A DNA stretch of 56,644 bases, the filler included, from Sphacelaria rigidula (Eukaryota), in NCBI GenBank assembly GCA_964200075.2. It is 3 parts of 3 records of this genome, joined end to end, with 100 filler letters (N's around TTAATTAATTAA, not from the genome) between each part and the next. Parts side by side here need not be neighbours in the genome. Positions count along the whole stretch, not along the records: positions 1 to 18,817 come from CAXNAA020000784.1; positions 18,918 to 37,731 come from CAXNAA020000785.1; 1 more part is not named here. One strand, written 5' to 3'. The notes under the pieces are model-generated. The model was not told the DNA's origin and ran no database searches. It worked only from the letters and a program-made list of their open reading frames with translations. Numbering within the stretch: position 1 is the stretch's first letter; each line of letters begins with the position of its first letter. This document shows, piece after piece, positions 11,402 to 22,612 of the stretch. Position numbers and translations under genes: made by a program.

Positions 11402-12110
11402 CCATCATGTGGAAGCGGAAGGTTCGTTCAGCCTGACTCATAACCAGGGTGATGATGAGGATTTGAGCACGCTCGCTACGATGTGGCCTCGTGGCGAAGC
11501 AGAGTTACCGTAGGCTTGGGGAGCCACTGTACCTCGTTCGTCAGTTCAAGAGGCAGAGCGGAAGTCAGACCAAGACCCTGGTGGGGGGAGGCTTCAACTG
11601 AGGAGCCACGGATACCAGGTAAAGGTAGCTCTCACACTGTACTCGAGCAGGCGAGAGCGATTCTGATAAACAAGCCCCGACTAGCTTTGCTGCAAGAGCG
11701 GGACTCCCGGCTTGGTCCCATCAGGGATAGGTTAATGTAGGAGAATAAGGATGAAGGAACAGGCAAGAGGCAGGAAGCGTACGTTCCAAAATGATGATGA
11801 TCTTCTATGGTATGCCTCACCTAGGGCGCCAGGTAAGTTAGCTATTCCACGCAGTCTAGTGCCTGGCCTGCTCACGTTGGTGCACACTACGCATGGGCAC
11901 GCCGGAGGGATGAAAACGACTGTAGCGGTCAACGCACGCTATAAGTGACCCGGTCTTTTCGCCGACACTCGCAAATACGTGCTATCTTGTGGATGCCGCC
12001 GACGCAAACGTACTAATAGCCACACCACAACGATGCGATCCGCCCGCTTCTTGCAGTTCTGGGAGATGATGTAGATGGACATACCGGACATGAAGCAGAT
12101 TTTTACTTCT

Positions 12111-12338
12111 GACACTCTCTACGATAGTAACCCCCCCAAAAAAGTGCATGGTTTGGGGGGGAAAAATCTTCACGTCAATCGAAATGGGAAAAGCCGAGCA
12201 CAACGAGAAGCTCGGAATTCCCACTCTTGGGTTCGTTCTAGCCAATGTCGCCAATATGAGGCTCTTCATACAGCCTGATCCCGAACATCAGGCGCGGTAT
12301 GGCCATTTGTTTGGTGACATTTTTAGCTGGTTAGTGTC
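12111..12338. mobile_element. GACACT-family MITE inserted in the integrase (right TIR partly deleted)
   Basis: gacactctctacgatag... to ...tagtgtc, TSD ttct/tcct. Homologous throughout to 26601-26855. Removal restores KQIFTSVNRCLLVV. Confidence 0.85.
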
Positions 12339-13529
12339 TCCTGTTAATAGGTGCTTGTTGGTTGTTATAGGTCGAGCGACCAAGTTCTTTTTGCTCTTCC
12401 ACTAGCAGCCAAGGTTACTGAGCACGTAGTTAAGGGTCTGCTGAAACTGTTCTTGACGCTCGAAACGCCCTATTTCCTTTGAAGCGACGCTGGGGGGGAG
12501 TTCACTTCGGAAGAAGTAAATCATGTGTGCCATGTGGATGAAGGTGAGATTGGATCATGGTCCCGCAGATCACCCTCGCGATCAGGGCGCGGTGGAAAGA
12601 TACGGAGAGTGGTTGCATGGTGTTTTAGCCTAGCTATGTAAGCAGTGGCTGGAATGGTGGGACGGGTACGTGGATCCTGCTATATGAATTCATCATACTA
12701 CTTCCGACCAGTCACTGCCGCATAACCCAACGCGATTAATGCTGCTTTTGAGCGCGAGCTTCGCACCCAAGTCGACTCTGTGTCACCTGAAGCAGAATTT
12801 CTACCGTTGAATAACACGGTAGAGCAACAGCGACAAAATTGAAGGACGTTCACGAGCTGTTAACCCAACGCCACCGGCGTAGGGAAGAGGTAAGATTAGC
12901 TACAAGTGCGGAGATGATTCGTCAGTCGGCAGCATCGCGAGCTAAGGTGTAAGATATGATGCTAGTCAAGGAATCTGACAGCTCCCTTCTGAACGAAAAT
13001 GTACTGGCCGAATGAGTACACGACTGGTGGACTGGGCCTGGGACGGTGCAGCAGGTGGTGATACCAGGCCTCAATCTTGAGTTCAAAATGCAGGTGCGTA
13101 AAGTAGAAGAGCGAACGGTGTTTGCGGCCAACGCTTAGAAATTTCATGTGCGCCCAGAACAGCTGCAGCACTCATTTCCAGACGATGTTTCTTAGCTAGC
13201 TTAGGGGGGCATATTTAGGGGTGGCTGAGGTCATCACGTTCACACCTCTACTATATACTCTAACGGATAGGAAAGCAGTGCTGGGCCCAGGATCATCGTG
13301 AGTGTGGGAACATCAACGGTTGTTTCACGACTGAGCTGAGCCACACCGGCTTTCAGAGGAGAGGCTTTGGACAGTTTCGCTGGGTTACAGTTGGACGTGT
13401 TTCATGCCTTGTGGGAATTATATCACCCGCAGACCAGGCCACGTCCACCTGATACACCATCCCGAGCAGAAAGGGACTCAATTGCACGGCAGATTCCCCG
13501 AGATACCAAGATCTGTAAACGGTTGATGG

Positions 13530-13995
13530 ACAGCCCGGAGCGATTAACAGGATCAAGAACTTCTCCGGACGGGATGACATCGTTTTTATACGGTGTTTGA
13601 ATTTCCCACGTGATCTAACGCGGCAGAGCGGTCAACAAAGATTCAGGACTTCTCCGGACTGGATGGGATCGTTTCTGTACGGTGTTGAAATTTCCTACGT
13701 GGTCTAACCCGGCGGAGCGGTCAACGAGATCAAGAACTTCTCCGGACGGGATGGGATCATTTCTGTACGGTGTTACAATTTTCCACGTGGTGTAACCCGG
13801 CAGAGACGTCAATAAGAGCAAGGACTTCTCCGGACTGGATGGGATCGTTTTTGTACGGTGTTTAAATTTCCTACGTGGTCTAACCCGGCAAGGAGGTCTA
13901 CAAAAGCGGGAGTTGCCCAGACTGCTCGAGATCCTTCTGCACCGTGTTTAAATTCCCTACGTGGTCTAACCCGGCAGAACGGTTACCAAGATCGA
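13530..13995 (+). repeat. Tandem array of about 88-bp units (5-6 copies) in the Gypsy 3' UTR
   Basis: acttctccgga recurs near 13559, 13648, 13736 and 13823. The unit contains cggtgtt.aaatttcctacgtggtctaacccggc. Confidence 0.9.
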
Positions 13996-15387
13996 CGGCT
14001 ATACGAAGTAACGCCGATTACTCGGGGAAGAGGAACATTGTGACGCGGCGATCCATCGTCGAACCACCTTCAGCCCCAGGGTTTTTCAACCCTGGGCCTG
14101 AGGGGGGGTGTTATGGATCGCGGCGTCATGGTGGGAGGGTGATACAAGGATGAGCCCAGCTATTCGACTGACGGGCTCGGAGGGCTAGTTCATGTGACCT
14201 ACGGATATTTCAACTAGAGGGGAGGGAGTGGTGTCCGTTGTAACGGTTACAGACACGCTTCCGTGCGCGCCGTGGTTGCATTACCCGGCACGACCCTTGT
14301 TTTTACTCTCTTTTCGAGCGCAAAAGAATGAGCTAAGAGCTTGCGTGAATCTATTCATGAGGCCATCAAAACCACCACCACGAAAGAGAAACTGAATCGC
14401 TTCTGGAGCCGTGATCAGGATCCTTGCCGTTCCATGTGAACTGTCCTGCGTTGGATGTATTCTCTCTTGCCATGATTTTGCTGGTTGGTTGCTGAACACG
14501 GTTAGACAATACAGTACGGATTCCTGAACCATAATCGGTACGTCAGCATGTGAAATATGTCCTCATGATAGTATAATATTGAATTTCAGTGCACAAACAG
14601 CATGGTGTACTTGTGACGTGTTCCGGCATAGTCAACATGGTATATATTAGTCATCACGTATTTGTATGCGCATGATTTGACTCAACTGGATGCGTGTTCG
14701 AGACCACGAGACATATCGCCTTCCTGTCAGCGAGTAGCGATGCCTAATGCTGAGAACTCCCCAACTACACCGTCTGTTTATAACAGAGCTTCCTCTCCGC
14801 CGTTGCTCCTCAAGTGATATCGTCATCGACACGCGTGTGCAACGCATTCATTTGGTGCACCTACCCCCCCGGCGTAAGTGCAAAAGAAACGTTTTCTTGC
14901 GAAAATGCTTTCCCGTGGTGATCCTGTTTGGCATGAATTGTCGAGTTTTCGAAAGCGAGTTGAACCCCATTTTGTTGTATGGTGCTGTCCTGCACGGTAT
15001 GGTACGGTCCGGTGCAGCACCATATCGTGCTTTAAGTGATTTCCCTATCAAGGTACAGTAAACCGCGGCCAAAATTATGTGCCTTTCGTTTGATCAACTT
15101 AGTGCTGTGATGGGTTTTTGTAGAGCACTGACAACGGGGTTTTCGAAAAAGAGGAATCACATATAGAGCGTACTCATCTGTGCACTCAAGTATCAACCAC
15201 TGTTATAGCACAGCCATGTGTACATATACTGGCAGTCAGTGTATTGGGCTTGTACAGCAGAGGTGTTACGGACGGTTGGGGTTGGACGGCTTCATACATG
15301 TCCGTGCACTAGTTCGCTGTTACCAGTATCTCAATTGCACTGGTTACCATGATCGCTGGAGACACGCTGTGGAAGCGGATCTTGAAG

Positions 15388-18300
15388 TGTCGGGGAATAA
15401 AAATAGAATTCAGCGACTCCCAGCGAACACGTGATATATTTATTCATAAATGCACTGACTGTATATATTCGCTCACCGTTATCGGACAGCAAAGAGCAGA
15501 ATGATCACAGCAAGCGGCATCCAGCACCAGAGATGATCAGTTCAGCGCAGAGCAGCTTATACTGAATGTCCGAGCGTACTGAGCACAGCTTCAGGGGTGA
15601 GTCAGTTATTCTTCTCGGTTGGTGGTTTTGATAACTCTAATTCAGTTCACGAGCTTCGGTCCAGATTCTTGCAGGGTACTAATAAACAGGGGCTCAGCAG
15701 AAATCCGTGTTGAGAACATCCGAACCTAAGCTGGATACGAAGAGACATGTTTATGTAACCGTCGTAAACAAATGCAACTATCGTCCCCCCTGACTGCGGC
15801 ACTTGCCGGTTCCCGCAGTCAGCCCTCCAGCCACTATTTGTCGGAATGACTGGCCCATCATCTTACTGCCCTGCCACCACTACGCTGTGATCCATAACAC
15901 CACCCCTCAGGCCTAGGGTTGAAAATCCCTCGGTCTGAACGTGGTTCGACGATGGATCACTGCGTCACCATCTTCATCTTTCCCGAGCAGTCGACGTCAT
16001 CTTGAGCAAGCTGCCGATCTTACTGACCGCTCTGCCGGGTTCGACCACGGAGGGAATTAAAACACCCAGCTGAAACGATCCAATCATAATCTTGAACAGT
16101 CGCTAATCTTGCTGACCGCTTTGCCGGGTTGGACCACGTCGGGGGAATTTGCACACCGTGCAAAATCGATCCCATCGTAGTCTTGAAGATTTGCCAATCG
16201 TGATGACCGTTCTACCGGATTAGACTACGTAGGGAATCTAAACACCGTGCAAAACCAGTCCTATCATAGTCTTAAACAGTCCTCGGTACTGAGGATCCCT
16301 ATGCCGGGATAGAAGACGTAAATAATTTAAATACCGCGCAAAATCGATCTCATCATAGTCTTGAACGGGTCGTTCATCGTGATGATCTTTATGCCGGGCT
16401 AGATCACGTAGGGTATCTAGACACGGTGCAAAATCAATCTTAGCACTCCTTCGCGAGAAAACGGCTCGGTTAAGTTGTTATCTTCTCCGCATCTTCCATC
16501 CTTCACCGTCCCCTGACCTAGGGGATGATCTGACAGACCATGACCTGATATAATCCTCCTCGACTGGCATACAAGATCGATCACCTTCCGAAGTAAACTC
16601 CCCCCCAGCGTCATTCCATGGCGGTTGCACCGAGCTCAGGATGAACTGCCAACGGAGATCTAGCGAAGGAACGGCCGGTTGCGAAGCACGTGGCCGTAAA
16701 TAGTAGGCAAATTTACCTGCGGCGTTCATAACCCGGGATGGCATGCGCTCGAAGCAAAATGCATACCTAACTGGATCTAGTTCACCGGTTGAGCTTGTTG
16801 CTGCAGGCTCACGGGAGCATGAACAGAAACTACTGCTGTTCAGGAGATGCACAAACCTGCATGCGGTTGTCCTGTGTTGGAAGTGGAAGACTGCTATCCC
16901 GCCGGAGGAAGGGCTGAACATCGTATATCCACCACAATAGTAGTCAGGCAAAAAGCAGTTGTGCACCGGACAAATATCCAGAGAAAGCACGGCAAAGGAT
17001 AACGACGGAGTAGACACACGAATCGCACCATACAACAAAGAGGACGGCAAACGTACTCACGCGTAGGGACATAAGGGAACAGGACACGACCAAACAAGGC
17101 GCAATCACACGCGGGGAACGAAGGGGACGGCGTACGACCGGACAAGATACACCCACGCGTGGGGAACGAAGTCAACGGCAATATGACCGGACAAAATGGG
17201 TCCACGCGTATGCACTTGGCCAGGGTATCATGTGTCGGGGACAGCCGTGTGTGATTTTCTGAACTCCGACCCTTGTCAACCTGTTCAAACACGCGTGAGA
17301 AATTCCGGCCCCCTGTCAACCTGTTCGGACACTCATGGGAAATCCTGGCCCTCTGTCAGTCTGTTCGGACACGCATGGGAAAGTCCGGCTCTCTGTCAAC
17401 CTCTTCAGTCACGTATGGGAAACCCTGGCCCCCCGTCAACCTGTTCGCACACTCATGGAAAAATCCTGACTCCCTGTCAGCCTGTTCGGATACGCATGGT
17501 CTTGACATCTTGAGCTATCGTCCTCGCCCATCTTCCTGTATGCGATGATATCCTACCTGTTTGCTGTATGGTGCAAGCGTATTTCCGGTCCATAAAACTT
17601 TCTCGTTCATCCATCCAATGTCCGGCTTGTATGCTAGTAACTTGTGTAGTGCCCACGATAACTACAAGAGTCGCTCATTACAAGTCAACAACCCTCGTCG
17701 GTTCCTTTCCGGTGTAAATCTCGGCAAAAGAATGTGTGGAATCTATGGACTCTCAAGACCAGAATAATGTAGCCCTATCCCGGGGACGGTCGTAGCACGC
17801 ACAGGTAGACGGTCAACTTCGAGTTGATTGTCGGAGCCCGCATAAATAGACGGTCAACAGGAGCTGAAGGAGCATCTGTCCGGCGGCCTCGTGCAAACCT
17901 CTTGGCATACAGTTTCACTCGTAGCCACTCAATCGTTGTGTATCTGAGTTAATCATCACATTCATGAGTAGCTACATAGGAATTGGTAGACGGCCACCCG
18001 TAAATTATCAACGACCTACCGTTGCCGGCATCAAGCAGTCCAGTGGTCGCCGATCCACCGCGGCAGGTCATAGTAATAATCATATCAGAGTACGCTCAGC
18101 AGTGCACCTCGAAACGATCACCGATGTATTGATGGTCATGAAATAAACTAGAAGTACACGGTTGGGTCTGGTTTTTTGGAAAAGGGAGCAAACATCACAT
18201 AGGTCCAAAGTTTGCACGCATGCATGGCTCGCTCATACCCTTTGGAGCTATCCACCCAAGGCGTAAACGATCGAACAGGGGGAACCCGTGTAGGCCACAT

Positions 18301-18398
18301 CCATTTTTCATGACAATAAAACATCCCATGCATCAATGACCTGCCCCCCCTGACCGAGGATACGGTAAATACCTCATGCTGCGTTTGTTCAAGCCTCG
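15388..18398 (-). mobile_element. Internally deleted Gypsy element related to 7013-14550, on the opposite strand
   Basis: Read on the minus strand: 5' block homologous to 7013-8400 (18398-17161); gag-start remnant cagcccttcctccggcggga (about 16900); integrase fragment DAGGEFTSE / GHG..DHP.GQG (16480-16620); about 89-bp tandem array (16010-16440); PPT gaggggtgg; LTR tgttatggatc (15899) to probable end ccccgaca (15388). Confidence 0.82.
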
Positions 18399-18519
18399 CA
18401 ATTTCTGTACACGACAAATCGACTCACATAGTATCGTGCCTTGCAATATGCATGGACAGTATAGCATTGTGATATTCACAAACAGTCTCGCGCATTAGCG
18501 AACGGCAAGGTAACGATGT

Positions 18520-18800
18520 CCATGTGCCGAAACATCGAGCTGCGGAGAGATTTCCACTCCTCGTACAATTGCCTGTCGAGCTCACCAATGCGAAGATGGA
18601 TTTCTCTCTGCCTCTCCTTTCGAACAGGACACGCCCATGTGCGCTGAAAAACATGCCGTTGAAAAACAGGGCAATGTTCTCGTCACCGCTACTACTGTTC
18701 TCTGTCACACACATGCCAGCAAGGGCGGTGGGTGCGGCCATGACAAATGGATTCAATTTGACCTTGGCGGGGTGTTATTCACCATTGATTTTACCCACAT
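18520..18800. repeat. Unclassified interspersed repeat, second copy at 55370-55630
   Basis: Shared direct-orientation sequence, e.g. gttgaaaaacagggcaatgttc.cgtcaccgctactactgt.ctctgtcacacacatgccagcaagggcggtg. Confidence 0.8.
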
Positions 18801-18817
18801 CGGACGCTCTGAGTGCC

Positions 18818-18917
18818 NNNNNNNNNNNNNNNNNNNNNNNNNNNNNNNNNNNNNNNNNNNNTTAATTAATTAANNNNNNNNNNNNNNNNNNNNNNNNNNN
18901 NNNNNNNNNNNNNNNNN
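18818..18917. other. Assembly gap with artificial ttaattaattaa spacer
   Basis: N run, ttaattaattaa (stop codons in all six frames), N run. The same structure occurs at 37732-37831. Confidence 0.95.
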
Positions 18918-21305
18918 AATTTATGTCGGCAAAAAAAAAAAAACGAACAGCAGAAGAAGCTGTTCAAGATCGATCCATTTTTCGCCCATTTGAAATGGGC
19001 GAAAAATGGATCTATTTCGAACAGCTTCTTCTGCTGCGCAAATCCCATGCACACTGGCAGATTCGGAATTTGAACAGCAGAAGAAGCTCGAAATAAACAT
19101 TTGCTTTTCCCTCCAATTCATCCAGAGATTGGGGGAAAAGAGATTTATTGCGAGCAGCGTCAGCTGCTGGGCAAATCCCGCATACTGCATCGTCGCCAGC
19201 GCATGGGATCCGACACGCGGAAAACGTTGCTGAAAGGTATTCATCCTTTTGCCCCCCAGTCCGTATGTGCATGGGCTGAAAGATGAATAGCTCTCAACAG
19301 CTTTCGCTGAGCAGAGATCCCACACGTTGGATATGCGTGTGTATGTTCACACCTGTGCTCCGTCTGAAACCCCTGGGAAGGCGTGGAAAGATGCTAGACC
19401 GTCGGGTATGCCTCGTCTATGTAGGCACATTTTCCCCAAAACCCTGTATTGCATCATCTACCAACACGAACCATTTTTAGAAAGTATCACTTAATCAATC
19501 GTATATTAATAATGTATGTAGATCATCATAAGTCATAGATATATCTATACTCCGTATATATATCACCGCACACAAATCGAACATCAATGAACGCACCCGC
19601 CCGCACAACAGTATTATTCCGCCCGGCTATACCGCCACAACCCCGCAGCAAAGAGCACGGGTTGAACACAGGGATATAGACACATACACACTGCCGTGCG
19701 GGTGGATATGATGTACTTCTCGTTGATGAAAACTTGAGCACCTTCTTTCGTGGTCGCGACATCGCGCGGCGACGACATACGCGGGGTGCGTATATATAGG
19801 CGCGGGTGCGAGGAACAATAATCAAGCGGCCGCCTATGTTATGCATATCCACACTCACCATCATATGCATGCTGCGGACGCACCGCGATATAACATGGTG
19901 CGACATACAGTCCGCGCACGATATGCTGCACGTTGTTCAAGTCCTTTTCACGTCGCACTGTAGGTAGAGAACATACACATACATTGTCCTGCGCTGTCTG
20001 TACTGTACTTTCCCCCTTCCCTTTCACGCCCTACTTACTGTGCTGCAGCAGCTGTGCGCGCAAATATGATGTGGAACGCGCGCGTGAAAAACTGGAGTTT
20101 GTGACGGTATATAACACCCGCCCCATATATCCAAATAAGCTGCAGGCATCTACATCGTATTTATACCCAGCCATCTGCAGTACATGGCGCCGCACGTATA
20201 AGCACGGCGGTATAGCGCACTGTCCCGCATGCAATGGCATCGTACAGCCCAGTACAGTTTATTGGTATGAATATATATCCCGAGTACGCAGTATCAACCG
20301 CGCGATGAGATGTTTCATTATCCCCTGTATATTGTGTTAGTTTCGTCGACCCGGGACTACGGAGTTGTCATCACGTATATGCATCTATGACCGAGATCAA
20401 ATGCGATCAATCACCATGACGTCAGCTGCAGCAAAAGCTTGAGTGCAGTATGTGGGACTTGAACAGCTGAAGCTGCTCGCGAGCAAGTTATTTCTCCACC
20501 CAATTTCAGGTATTCTTGGTGGTGTACAAATTCCATCTGCTATATACAGTGTATATGGGATTATCTGTACAGCTGAAGCTCTTCGAAATTAATAATTTTT
20601 CCCCTATATTCCAAGCTTGGAATTAGGATTTATTTCGAATGAATTCTTTTTGCCCTATTCCAACTTTGGAATTAGGATTTATTTCGAACAGCAGCGGCTG
20701 TCCAAATTCCAGATTTCCATTACACTTGTGCCTCTAAAACCAATTCGGGGGATTTTAGTGTGTTATTGACACGGACCTTCGAGGGCTCCAAAATTCAGAA
20801 GTACAAAAAATATTCCAGTCCTCAACGTCTACCACGCGTAGCTCCGTGTGCAACCGTTTAACTGTATGACATGAAGGCGAGGATTTTCCGTCCAACCTAT
20901 TCAGTTCTTTTCCCCGCCAGTATCTTGCAGTATCTTGCGCCCGCAGCTGCATGTGGAGGGTAGTGTTTGTGCGTAAACACACTGCACAACTGCACAGCAT
21001 TGTCAGCAGCGAGGAACTCTTCACGGGGCGACGGAACCCTGTGTTGCACACTATTCATGACCACCGTAGAAAAACCCTGTGGAGCGTCCTGTGCTACGCT
21101 GGAAAACATTGTACAGTAAAATTCCCGCCAGAAACACTGCGCAGCGTACGTGAACCGTGTAGACCCCCTCCACAGGGTGCTATCTGTCCACGTGTGCACT
21201 ACCTGTATGCCCAACGCTGTGTACTGTACAGGGTTTGTACCCCGAAGATGTGTTGACGATACGGTTGTCGCGTATTCAACGATATGGGGACAGCATATAC
21301 ATCCG

Positions 21306-21542
21306 TAGTCATGCTACGATAGGGCGGGGGGTATGTTGGGCCATTGCTTCCACGAAACCTAACTTCGAACCATGGCTGTAAGCAGCAACAACCGTTTGAG
21401 CACTTGTGTTATCGCTAAATAATGCTCATTCACACTGCGTGAGGCCGTTTTACTCAAATACAAGCGCATGGCGAGGGTGTCAGGTTGTTCGGCACATCTA
21501 TGAGTATTTCCCGGGATCAAACCCCCTCTCGTAGCACGGCTC
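21306..21542. mobile_element. GAGTCATG-family MITE (diverged copy)
   Basis: agtcatgctacgatagggcgggggg ... ccccctctcgtagcacggctc. Internal homology to 38174-38438. TSD not preserved. Confidence 0.8.
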
Positions 21543-22260
21543 TGTACATGCTCTTCCGCGCCGTACGGGTAGCATCGCATGGATAGGCGTAGAGTACAAA
21601 CGCAGGACGGCACGGCGCGGCTTCAATCTCTTCCACTCATGACACCGACCACGTGGCATTCGGAACAGAAATACTGAACTCTGAAAAGTTTACCAAGGTC
21701 CACACCTATGCAGTAAAAACGCCAACAATCCATCCGCTTTTCGCTTATCCCTGAGTTACGTTTTTTTTCCCCCCGAAGCTCTCTAATGGTCCGTATATTT
21801 CGGGCTCCGTTGCACGAGTGCCACGGGTTGAACCTCCCATGTCCTGATACCACCAGACAGTACGCGTGTGTACACTGGGTTCACCGTGATGGTTTTCTTC
21901 GCGAAATCTCATTTTGTCGCATCTTGCCGCAGCAGGCTAAATAACAGCGATTGGTGTTCCCCGGCGGAATCTTTAACCTCGTACAGTTTCTTCTCTTGGT
22001 CACGCGAGAAAATGCCGGAATCAGCCTCATGAGCTCTTCGTGGTGGTAACGGCCTGGTGACGCCCAGCACTAGAGAGGGTGATGACCATCGACTGACTTA
22101 CTCGATCGCATTGCATGTCAAGCTACAAGAATCAGAGGGGCGCCTGTAACGAGTTCGACCTCCGGAGCTGCCTCGAGAGTTTCACAAAGTGAAATTGGTT
22201 TTTGCTGCGGATAAGAATTCGACTAACCGGTTATTTGGGACTCCATTTTCCCATAAAAAG

Positions 22261-22612
22261 AGCCGGTCGCCCCGGTGGCTCAGTTGGTTACCTCGTATCC
22301 TTCTGAGGGTTGAGTGGGGGGGTTTGATTCTCGGAGCGATCCGAAGTCTTTTCTCACACCATGCTAAACAGTTGAGAGCGACTATGTTGCGGGTACACAA
22401 GTTCTACTTGACGGTCGACGAGGGAAAAGGACTGCTGAACTCCTCTCGCGATGAAACATAAAAGGCAAGCACCGCAGAAGGACAGTGGGGCATTAAAAAA
22501 CAAAAAAGCTCCTGTGTTGACCCTCCTCCTGTGTGACGCCGGCTGATGCGCCCACATATACCGAAAAGTGTAGAGTGGTGCCCACAATAAATGGGACGTC
22601 AACACACACAAC
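22261..22612 (+). mobile_element. tRNA-derived SINE with (CA)n tail
   Basis: Head agccggtcgccccggtggctcagttggtt (A box) ... ggtttgattctc (B box). Body and tail are shared with 52352-53652 (-) and a 5'-truncated copy at about 23190-23270 (-). Confidence 0.82.

Larger units (their letters stand above)
7013..14550 (+). mobile_element. Degenerate Ty3/Gypsy element: 5' non-coding block, gag, RT remnant, C5-methyltransferase-like domain, integrase, 3' tandem array, PPT, 3' LTR
   Basis: Putative gag start ATG 8658. RT motifs VRSTLAWAAACVTVRKKNG (about 10350-10410) and SKYFTSVDLANWDFQLEVEE (10512-10571). Integrase: LAIPRSLVPGLLTLVHTTHGHAG...YVLSCGCRRRK, MDIPDMK, NRCLLVVIGRATKF, SDAGGEFTS, HPRDQGAVER (11830-12600), then DSF..LQLDVFHALW (about 13370-13420). 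PPT gaggggggg at 14100-14108 is followed by LTR start tgttatggatc at 14109. The right end of the LTR is approximate. Confidence 0.88.

Noticed and set aside
7013-18398. Single giant DNA transposon with 1.3-kb TIRs
   Set aside because: Flanks gaca/gcaa are not a clean TSD, arms are diverged, and each arm continues into collinear Gypsy gag/integrase sequence, so two Gypsy copies explain it better.
18862-18873. ttaattaattaa palindrome (also 37776-37787)
   Set aside because: Artificial six-frame-stop linker inside N gaps, not biological.
22261-22340. tRNA gene (also 53575-53652)
   Set aside because: A and B boxes are present but no convincing cloverleaf, and it continues into a shared SINE body and tail.
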